A stretch of 32,000 bases of DNA, from the NCBI RefSeq assembly GCF_001465295.1, contig NZ_CP011034.1, positions 1,320,001 through 1,352,000 of the forward strand. The letters run 5' to 3'. Both the position numbers and the translations under genes were made by a program. The notes under the pieces are model-generated. The model did not search any database. It was not told the DNA's origin and saw only the letters and a program-made list of their open reading frames with translations. The stretch comes from Pseudoalteromonas translucida KMM 520. GTDB lineage: Bacteria > Pseudomonadota > Gammaproteobacteria > Enterobacterales > Alteromonadaceae. Shown here piece by piece: positions 14,756 to 23,300 of the stretch; the stretch's first letter is position 1, and every line of letters begins with the position of its first letter.

Positions 14756-17686
14756 ATGACAGCAAGCGCAGGCGCGTGGTATCGCGTAGGTACGGTAAAC
14801 GTAACTAAAAACAATCAAATAGTAACCGGTGTAGCAACTAACTGGCAAAACGATGTTATTGCTATTGCGGTAGGTGATATTTTTACCCTAGATGCAAAGA
14901 CCTGGTATGAAGTAACTGCGGTGGCAAGTGATACCAGCATTACGCTTGATCGCGGCTTTGAAGGTGCCACAGGTACGGGTAAAGCTTACGCCATTGTGCG
15001 CAATACGTCCGGCACGATATTAACGCGCATTGCGGGCCAGGTATCAGTACAGTTCAATCAAAAGCAATTGTTTTTAGATGAGCTGCGTACCTGGTTAAAC
15101 TCTAACAGCGCCAGCGAAACACTAACCGATAGTCACGGCATTACGCAGTCGCTTAAAACACCATCGCAGATGGTGCGTGACCATGACAACCGCTTGGCTG
15201 AGTTAGATGAAATTCACCCATTCCCTTGGGCTATGCGTAAAGTAGAGTTTGAAGCTAGACGTGCTGTGAATAACGAAATGTTTGCAGCCAGTGGGTTCGT
15301 GTATTTTGGTAAGCAAACCACGCTCTCTGAAAACGTAGGGGAAGGTTTATCCTCCGTGGAAAGTCAGCATTGGGTTAATCAATTTCGTTTAGGGGTAAGC
15401 CCTGTAAGTAATAATATCTTTGGCAAGTCCGTGACCCATTTCCCGAAACTCAATATTGGTGGAGTGGTTACTAACTTAAGACAGATAGGCAGGGCGGCCC
15501 ATGAAACTGATAATAACAGTGTGCGGCTACCTCCGGCGGAAGATGGTACGCGTACATACGATAGCGCCACAGGATTATCGGTAACTCACGCAACCCCCGA
15601 AATAGCTTTTGCTAGTGAAACAGCAACTAATAAAGTGGTTACGGACCGTGTAGATATGTGGGGGTTTGAAGCGTACTTGCGTGAAGTGAAGGATGATGAC
15701 CCGTTTGTCTATGCTAATGGCTTGATCCAATCCCTAGCGGGGGATATTAATGGGGTGGCAACCTTTGTTGATACTTCGCGGCCCGAAACATACTTTTCAT
15801 GGTTCGAGGGCGACGCCCCGATACGTGGGCGGGGGGTTAACTGGCAAACAGCAAGTGAAGCTAATCGCATTAAAATAGCTAGCGACCCCGCAAACAATAT
15901 TTATTTTGATGATGCGACAGGTAAATTTTATCAATGGTGTGTCCGTGGTCGCAGCTTTGCGGGTGCGGGTAATGGTGACTGGCGAACTTCTAGACCGCAA
16001 AAGGCAGACACATTAGGATTCGCACAGCACCTAGCAACTACAGTGCAAATCCAAGGATCGCGTGGCGCGTTGGAGCCTCCGGCATGGGCAACAACGTACG
16101 TAGGCCGAGAACATACATCAAACAAAAATCCCTTTTTAGGGGTTTTTACCAATGTTAATCACGGCATTCCAGAGGATAACTACTTCCTAGTGTGCGGCTC
16201 TGTGAATAGGCTTAACCAAGGAGCGTACCATCCTAGCTTTAACCCCTCAGGAACGGCTAAGTGGGGGGGCGGCACCTTAGATGAGTATAACCTAGCTTAT
16301 CGCTATGACTGGAGGGAAATCGGCAGTTTACCGTCTCTAGGCATGGTGGCGACGACTAGACAGCAGGCTTTCACCTTGAAATCTACCGCCCAACAGGGCT
16401 CCGGTAGTATAGGGAGTGAACCCGCCCGCCCAGATGGCCGAAACCATGACACTATTTACGCCAGCGGTCACGGTGGCCTTTGTCGTGATATGCGCTACTC
16501 AGCTTGGGGATTAACTCAAGAAGATTTTGTTGAAGCTGATTTGAATGTTAAGTCCGGTAAGTATCGCGGGCGTGAAAATCTGGCCCGCACTAAAGTAGAT
16601 AAATTGGAAGTGATTAGTGATGGCTTTTCGGGTGCCGTACCTAATTACCTGTACCAAGACAGTAGGCTTAGAAATATTGGTGTTAATATGGCTTCGGGTG
16701 AGACGCTGGATTACTACCTAGTTAACAGTGCAACTAAAGAAGTTATCCATAGTGACGACATACCCCCAGCGGCGCATGACGTAAGCCGCTCTAAATCAAT
16801 ATACTACCCCGCAGCTTGGGGCGATACCCCTACTATTTATGTCATTCATCGAACGCCCGAAGCGAGCTCAATCGCGGGTGAGTTCAGTCACGCTGAAGTT
16901 ATAGGTACGCCTTCAAATATTCTACTTTGTAAGGATTTGAAAAGCGGATGGCTTGGCAGTTGGCACCCTATTTTGCCCGACGGAGTGAGTCAGCCTCGGA
17001 AGCTATCCAGAAAAGCTAAGGACGTCACGAAAGTATACAGAACTACGGATTTAGGAGTTACCTGGACGGGCCATACTATTAGTAGCTTAGCCGTCTTTTC
17101 AGAGAGAGAGAATACGGTTAGCTTTCCGAGTCTATCCGCCGACTATATCCTTATGCTTATGTACACTACTAAGGCAAGGATGACCGAAGGAGCTAGTAAT
17201 AGCCCCGTTTATGGTGGGGAAAAAGGGGTAGGGGTTGTTCACGCCACAGCCTTTACTCAGGGAGATAATAACTACCAAAGTTCATCCGATTTTTGTTATA
17301 GCTTGATTTCTAAAGTTACAGACCGATATACAGTCGCAGCGTACCCAGAAAATCAAAAGACCTTAAGCCTTAGTATCAATACGGATAAGAGATTAACCGA
17401 TGCCAAGGAAGCTATAACCACCCACACACCTATTAATTTATCTATTATCCCAGAAAATCCAGCAGTGAAGGCACTTAACTACAACGTACTTAATAATCAG
17501 CAAGGTTTTGTAAACTACGCGTACACCGAACTAAAAGCTGAAGCTTTGGGCGCGGGCGTAGGAGACGACAATCAGATACATATCGTAGATGGTAAATCAA
17601 CACGCCTAGACGACAACGGTGCAAAGGTTATTTACGGAACAGCACAAATCGTAGAACCATTAGGGTGGATAAAAAATGACAAGTAA
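14756..17686 (+). CDS. Tail fibre/tailspike-like structural protein (976 aa), apparently mosaic
   Basis: The N-terminus (AWYRVGTVNVTKNNQIVTGVATNWQNDV..GDIFTL....YEVTAVASDTSITLDRGFEG) resembles N-terminal anchor domains common in phage fibres. The remainder is beta-rich. Gly codon usage switches near nt 15290. A chaperone-like gene follows. Confidence 0.65.
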   Translation: MTASAGAWYRVGTVNVTKNNQIVTGVATNWQNDVIAIAVGDIFTLDAKTWYEVTAVASDTSITLDRGFEGATGTGKAYAIVRNTSGTILTRIAGQVSVQFNQKQLFLDELRTWLNSNSASETLTDSHGITQSLKTPSQMVRDHDNRLAELDEIHPFPWAMRKVEFEARRAVNNEMFAASGFVYFGKQTTLSENVGEGLSSVESQHWVNQFRLGVSPVSNNIFGKSVTHFPKLNIGGVVTNLRQIGRAAHETDNNSVRLPPAEDGTRTYDSATGLSVTHATPEIAFASETATNKVVTDRVDMWGFEAYLREVKDDDPFVYANGLIQSLAGDINGVATFVDTSRPETYFSWFEGDAPIRGRGVNWQTASEANRIKIASDPANNIYFDDATGKFYQWCVRGRSFAGAGNGDWRTSRPQKADTLGFAQHLATTVQIQGSRGALEPPAWATTYVGREHTSNKNPFLGVFTNVNHGIPEDNYFLVCGSVNRLNQGAYHPSFNPSGTAKWGGGTLDEYNLAYRYDWREIGSLPSLGMVATTRQQAFTLKSTAQQGSGSIGSEPARPDGRNHDTIYASGHGGLCRDMRYSAWGLTQEDFVEADLNVKSGKYRGRENLARTKVDKLEVISDGFSGAVPNYLYQDSRLRNIGVNMASGETLDYYLVNSATKEVIHSDDIPPAAHDVSRSKSIYYPAAWGDTPTIYVIHRTPEASSIAGEFSHAEVIGTPSNILLCKDLKSGWLGSWHPILPDGVSQPRKLSRKAKDVTKVYRTTDLGVTWTGHTISSLAVFSERENTVSFPSLSADYILMLMYTTKARMTEGASNSPVYGGEKGVGVVHATAFTQGDNNYQSSSDFCYSLISKVTDRYTVAAYPENQKTLSLSINTDKRLTDAKEAITTHTPINLSIIPENPAVKALNYNVLNNQQGFVNYAYTELKAEALGAGVGDDNQIHIVDGKSTRLDDNGAKVIYGTAQIVEPLGWIKNDK

Positions 17687-18314
17687 ACTAATTGAGTTCA
17701 TCGTATTAGATGAAGAGCAAGGCCCTGTTTTGACTGAGCAGGGTTTGCCCCAACTGCTACAGCGACCAGACACTAAAACTGAGCAAGATATTGAGCGATT
17801 AATTTCGCTCGGTAAACCTGTGGCAGTGATCAACGTGTTTGCGGGGCTAGTAAGCTTAGGCGAGCAGTGGGGTTGGGCGCAAGACTACTTTAACTACTTG
17901 GTTGAGCTTAACGAAGCAAACGAGTACAACGCTAACTTACCTGAGCCAATAGCAAACGAAGATGGCACAATAACCGAAGCAGAGCCTAAGCCCCTACCTA
18001 CTGAGCCATTGCGCCCCGAAGCTAGAACCGTTGAGCAAGTGCTAGCGCCGTATCAAAGAAAGCTATCTAAGATGGTGGGTATAGATATAAAAGGCGTTAA
18101 CGTATCGCTGAACGAAACCAACCAAAACGGGCTATCTGCTTTGAAGTCCGCCTTTGACTTGGCTACCGAATTTGATGCGCAAGGGCAATTTTTCCCTATT
18201 AAATTTAATGCTGAAACAGCGACCGGCGAGCAGGTTGTAGAGCTGGCAGATGAAGCAGAGTTTAAACAGTTTGGTTTGCAGTTTATCCTTGCTCGAAAAG
18301 CCTACTTTGAATAG
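17676..18314 (+). CDS. Tail fibre assembly/chaperone-like protein (C-terminus resembles DUF4376)
   Basis: Overlaps the fibre gene by 11 nt. The C-terminal GVNVSLNETNQNGLSALKSAF....FPIKFNA..GEQVVELADEAEFKQFGLQFILARKAYF fits my recollection of the DUF4376 pattern. Confidence 0.5.
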   Translation: MTSKLIEFIVLDEEQGPVLTEQGLPQLLQRPDTKTEQDIERLISLGKPVAVINVFAGLVSLGEQWGWAQDYFNYLVELNEANEYNANLPEPIANEDGTITEAEPKPLPTEPLRPEARTVEQVLAPYQRKLSKMVGIDIKGVNVSLNETNQNGLSALKSAFDLATEFDAQGQFFPIKFNAETATGEQVVELADEAEFKQFGLQFILARKAYFE

Positions 18315-18325
18315 GGGCAATTACA

Positions 18326-18652
18326 TTGACCGCACTTAAAACCCTTAGAACGTTAATAGGCTACATTTTATGTGGCCTTTTGTTTATATGGCCCTTTGTA
18401 ATTTTATCTGTATTTGCATTTGCAGGTAGCACTTGGGCTTTTAATAGTTTGTATAGCATAGACATTGCTATTTGCAGTATTTGTCATGGTACCAGGCTTG
18501 AGTCTATATCAGCGCGCAGCTTTAGGTTGTCGCACGATAAACGCTACCGGTACCAAATGCTTGTCATTGACTTTTTAGCGCGCCCTTTTGATGGGGATAA
18601 CCATTGCAAGCGCGCGCACAAATGGGAAAGCAAAGTAATCAAGCTCAGATAA
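18326..18652 (+). CDS. Small membrane protein with Cys/His cluster (TTG start), candidate moron
   Basis: GGGG at 18315-18318 precedes TTG 18326. It has an N-terminal TM (IGYILCGLLFIWPFVILSVFAFAG), then C50-x2-C53-H54 and H93-C94-x3-H98. It is more AT-rich than its neighbours. Confidence 0.5.
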   Translation: MTALKTLRTLIGYILCGLLFIWPFVILSVFAFAGSTWAFNSLYSIDIAICSICHGTRLESISARSFRLSHDKRYRYQMLVIDFLARPFDGDNHCKRAHKWESKVIKLR

Positions 18653-18702
18653 CCCGCCCCACAGCAGCAATTAAACATTTAATCTAACTATAAGCGAATA
18701 CT

Positions 18703-20313
18703 ATGCCTGCCATATCCGTTAAAACATTTGCCGGTGAACGGCCTAAAGTTGATCCGCGCTTGCTCCCTAACGAATCAGCCGCTAAAGCCTATGGCTGCCA
18801 CTTTGATAATGGCAACTTATCGCCACTCAAAAGCCCGTTACTGACTGGTATATCCGTTATTTCTAACGCGAAAACTATTTACAAGCACTTAAATGAGTAT
18901 TGGTTCTCATGGGATAAAGCGGTTAACGCGGTAGCAAGTCCGGTGGCTAACGATCCATGGCAACGGGTTTACTTTACCGGTGACGGGTACCCGAAGGTAA
19001 CGAACAACACTATTTTTAGTGGCGCTATCATGCCAGCTAATGATTACCGCCTGGGTATTCAGTCGCCAGAAGTGCCGATAATCGCCATTGTTAATGATGC
19101 GGCTACCGAGGAAGTTGATCCCAACGATGATGAAACGCGTTATTACACGCACACGTTTGTTACTGAGCAAGGCGAAGAAGGCCCGCCAGGTGAAGCGTCG
19201 CAGCGTATTGATATTAGATACCCCAATGAAGAAGGTACGCATGTAAAGCTATCGTTTTCACCGCCTAACGTGAACGCGTCGAACATCACGCACCGACGAA
19301 TATACCGAACGGCAACCGGCGGCGGCATAGCTGATTACTTGTTTGTTGCTGAAATTCCTATTTCACAAAACCTATTTGTTGACGATATATCTACCGACGA
19401 GCTGGGATCATCGCTTGATACTTACGACTATGAAATGCCAAACGAAAACATGATCGGCTTAACGTCGATGGCTAACGGTATCTTAGCTGGCTTTTTTGAT
19501 AGTACCGTTTGCTTTAGTGAGTCCTACTTACCATATGCCTGGCCTACCGGGTACCAACTAACAACCGAGCATAAAATAGTAACGTGTGCAGCACTTGGCA
19601 ATACGCTGGCGGTACTCACAGAGGGCTACCCGTATTTATTTAGTGGCATTAGCCCTGACTCAATGGCCGGGCAAAAGCTTGAATCTAACCAGTCATGCAC
19701 CAGCGCGCGATCGGCGGTTATTGTTAATGGCTCACTTATTTACGCAAGCCCCGATGGTTTAATAGGCCTTAACGGTGGTGGGCTATCCATGCTTACCGGG
19801 CAGATAATTACTCGCGAGCAGTGGCAGGAATATGAGCCAAGCACGATTGAGGCGTACCACCAGGAAGGGCGCTACCTGGCGTTTTACGGTGCCAATTTAG
19901 ATAAGGCATTTATATTTGACCCTACAGATGGCGATTTTAGGCATTTTACAGCGACAGCCAATTGTGGCTTTAACAGCCTGGTTGATGATGCGCTTTACAT
20001 TTGCCAAGGTAAAAACCTTAGCAAGTGGGAGGCTGGCCCCGCAGTTATGAGCTACGAGTGGAAGTCTAAGGCGTTTATAGCTAACGACCTAAGCTTTGCA
20101 TGTGCAATGGTAAAAGGCGTAGACACGGAGCTTGCAGGGCTGCGCATTTACGCCGACGAAGTGGAGGTATTACATTTAGCGCCAGGGCAAATACCTAAAT
20201 CAGCATTTAGACTGCCAAACACGCGCGGTAATTCATGGTCCTTTGAAGTTTACGGCAAGGGTACAATTCATAGCGTGTCGATTGCGACAACGATGCAAGA
20301 GGTAGCGGCTTAA
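18703..20313 (+). CDS. Tail structural protein (536 aa), unknown family
   Basis: A long beta-rich ORF whose stop is directly followed by the start of the giant fibre gene. Called from position. Confidence 0.65.
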   Translation: MPAISVKTFAGERPKVDPRLLPNESAAKAYGCHFDNGNLSPLKSPLLTGISVISNAKTIYKHLNEYWFSWDKAVNAVASPVANDPWQRVYFTGDGYPKVTNNTIFSGAIMPANDYRLGIQSPEVPIIAIVNDAATEEVDPNDDETRYYTHTFVTEQGEEGPPGEASQRIDIRYPNEEGTHVKLSFSPPNVNASNITHRRIYRTATGGGIADYLFVAEIPISQNLFVDDISTDELGSSLDTYDYEMPNENMIGLTSMANGILAGFFDSTVCFSESYLPYAWPTGYQLTTEHKIVTCAALGNTLAVLTEGYPYLFSGISPDSMAGQKLESNQSCTSARSAVIVNGSLIYASPDGLIGLNGGGLSMLTGQIITREQWQEYEPSTIEAYHQEGRYLAFYGANLDKAFIFDPTDGDFRHFTATANCGFNSLVDDALYICQGKNLSKWEAGPAVMSYEWKSKAFIANDLSFACAMVKGVDTELAGLRIYADEVEVLHLAPGQIPKSAFRLPNTRGNSWSFEVYGKGTIHSVSIATTMQEVAA

Positions 20314-23300
20314 ATGGCTAAGTTAACAAAAGGTGGCTTTTCGGGTATTGCTCGAAAGGCAAAGCAAAGCCAATCAGAAGGCGCGATCACAGAGAACATT
20401 GAAATATTAACCGGGCAACGTGGTAGTGGTGAAAACCGCGCGCTATTAGTTAAGGACCTGGTTAACTTAGATGATATGAAACGCAATGCGCTAATCAATA
20501 GCGCAAAGGGTGGCAACAATAGCGGTGGCTTACCCATTGTTGTAGGTGGTATTCAGCGCCCGCACGCACCAGTAAACCTTAGCGCTACCGGCGGCTTTAC
20601 GTTTATAGCACTAACCTGGGACCGCCCAACTTATCGAGGTCACGCTTACGCTGAAATTTGGCGCAGCGAAACAGACGCGTACAACACAGCTACGCTTATA
20701 GCTACCGAAGTGGCGGACGTATTTAGCGACTCAGTAAACATGGGTGCTGAATTTTACTATTGGGTTCGCTTTGTAAACGTTGCTGATATGAAAGGCCCTA
20801 CGCAGGGCGCAAAAGGTATCTATGCTAAAACTGTTGAGTCTGCGGCGTCTATACTTGATGAAATAGGCGGGAAAATTGAAGGCTCGCACCTGGGGGATTT
20901 CCTAACGTCTGAAATAGGGAAGATACCGGAAATAGATTTTACTTTAAACGAAGTGATCACGGTTGAGATACCGAAATTAAAAGTAGACGTTGATAGCTTT
21001 GGAGCCGACGCCGACCAACTGCGCATTGACGCTGACTCATTACGCGTTGATGTTGATAGTAACCTTGCAGCAATACCCCCGCTTAAGCTTGATGTTGATA
21101 AAATAAAGCTGACTGAAATACCAAAATTAAAGACTGACATTGATCAGCTAAATGTAGATGTTCCTGCATTAAGGGCGGACGTTGATAAAAACCTGGTAGA
21201 TATTCCAGCGTTAAGAATAGACGTTGATAAAAACCTGCTAGAAATACCGGACATTAAAAGCGATGTTAGTGCGATAAATGTTGAGATACCAGCTATTCGC
21301 CAGGACTTAATAGACTTAACTGGCGAATCAGCAGAAATCAAAGCTATTGCAGATACAGCAAAACAAAGAGTTGAATCGGTAGAAGCAAGCAGCGAAACTT
21401 TAGCTAGGCAGCTAATTGAAAGCGCGTCGGTAAATGATACCAATTGGCAAAGCAATACGACAAAGCTAATAGCGTTTGAATCGTCTTTAGAAAATGTGAA
21501 TGCCCGTATTGAGTCTGATTTTTTAACTAAAACAGAAGCAAACGAAGCGATAGCCGCCGCGTCACAAACCATACGCACTGAAATAGAAGAGTCGGGCTTA
21601 GCGCTATCTGGTGATATAGAGAGTACCTATTACACTAAAACAACTACAGATCAGGCAATTGCTCAAGCGACCCAGGATATAAAGGCGCAAATTGAAGATC
21701 CATTGGGTAGCAGTGTTGGCGCTCAACTTAAATCGCAGCATTACACTAAAGTCGATGCGGACAGCGCGATTAGCTTTTCAGCAGAGCAGCTAAAATCAGC
21801 AATAGAGAACCCGGCGGGTACCAGCCTGGGCGCATTAATAAACAACGACTATTACACAAGCATTGCTACAGATAGCGCCATTGCGGCTTATGGCTTGCAA
21901 CTAAAAAGCGATATTGAAAACCCGGAAGGCGATAGTATAGGGGCCTCACTTAAAACCGATTACTACACTAAAACCGATACGGATAGCGCAATAAGCCAGG
22001 CGACTACGCTATTAAGCTCAGAAATTACCGGCGCAACCGATCAGATAGATACAATAAATGCCACACTTACAAGCGATTATTATACAAGTGCGGAAGCGGA
22101 TCAGGCGGTATCAGCAGCGACGCAGCTTTTAAAATCTGAAATAGAAAACCCGTTAGGCTCAAGTGTTGGCGCAACTTTATTTAATAACTACTCGACTACC
22201 ACAACTACAAATGAGGCTATAAGCCAGGCGACGACTGAGCTTAAATCAACCTTGGATGGTGACATTGGCGCGATAAGTGCGGACCTGGGCAGCAATTACT
22301 ACACCATAGCCAGCACAGACAGCGCAATAAGCCAGGCGACACAGTTATTAAAATCAGCAATTGAGGACCCGCTAGGCACTAGCATTGGTGCGACTTTGGC
22401 TACTGAATATTCTACTACGGTAGATATAGACCAAGCTATTAGTGAAGCAACTACGCAGCTGAACTCGAACATTGATAGTGCCGAAGCAGATATTTACCAA
22501 AACGTATATACGAAAGTTGAGGCAGATACCGCCATATCAGGAAGTGTAACTGCGCTCAGATCTGAATTAAGCAAGGTTATCGAGGATGGCGACACCGCTT
22601 TATTCCAGGACTTTAGTGCGGACCTGCAAACTAACTACTACACAAAAACACAAGCGGACGGCGCGATAAGCTCGGCTACAACGGCTTTAAAATCAGCGCT
22701 TGATAGTGATATAGGTAATGTAACTACTGAGCTACAAGATAACTACCTTACAAAAGTAGGCACCAACTCAGCCATTAGCCAGGCTACGCAGCTTTTAAAA
22801 TCTGAGATTGAAGATCCAGAGGGCAACAGCCTGGGCGCTACGCTTTTTACCGACTACTCAACTAAGACAGAAGTTAACCTGGCAATTAGTGAAGCGACCA
22901 CACAGCTAAACACTAACCTAGATAACCTGCAGTCTGATGTATATAACAACTTTTACACCAAAACGGATGCGGATAGCAGCATAGCCGGTAGCGTTACCGC
23001 GCTTAGATCTGAGCTTATGCAGGTTATTGATGATGGCAATAGCGACGCCGTTCAATCCATCGAAGCCGACCTGCAAACTAACTACTACACCAATGTAGCA
23101 ACAGATAGCGCTATCAGTGAGGCGACAACCTTACTAAAGACAACTATTGAAGATCCGCAAGGGGATAGCCTGGGTGCTGAACTGTTTAATCGGTACTACA
23201 CCAAAACAGACACCGACGGCGCATTGGCTGAACTTAATACGCAGCTAAGGGCAGAGTACCAACCACTAAGCGAAGCGGTTATTGAAAACGCCCTTGCCAA

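Noticed and set aside
14756-17686. The 976-aa protein, or the 2382-aa protein, could be a tape measure protein, which would imply a siphovirus.
   Set aside because: Both are beta-rich or repeat-fibre-like and lack the helical, hydrophobic-segment character of a tape measure. No major tail, tail chaperone frameshift pair or sheath genes are present between the capsid and these genes.
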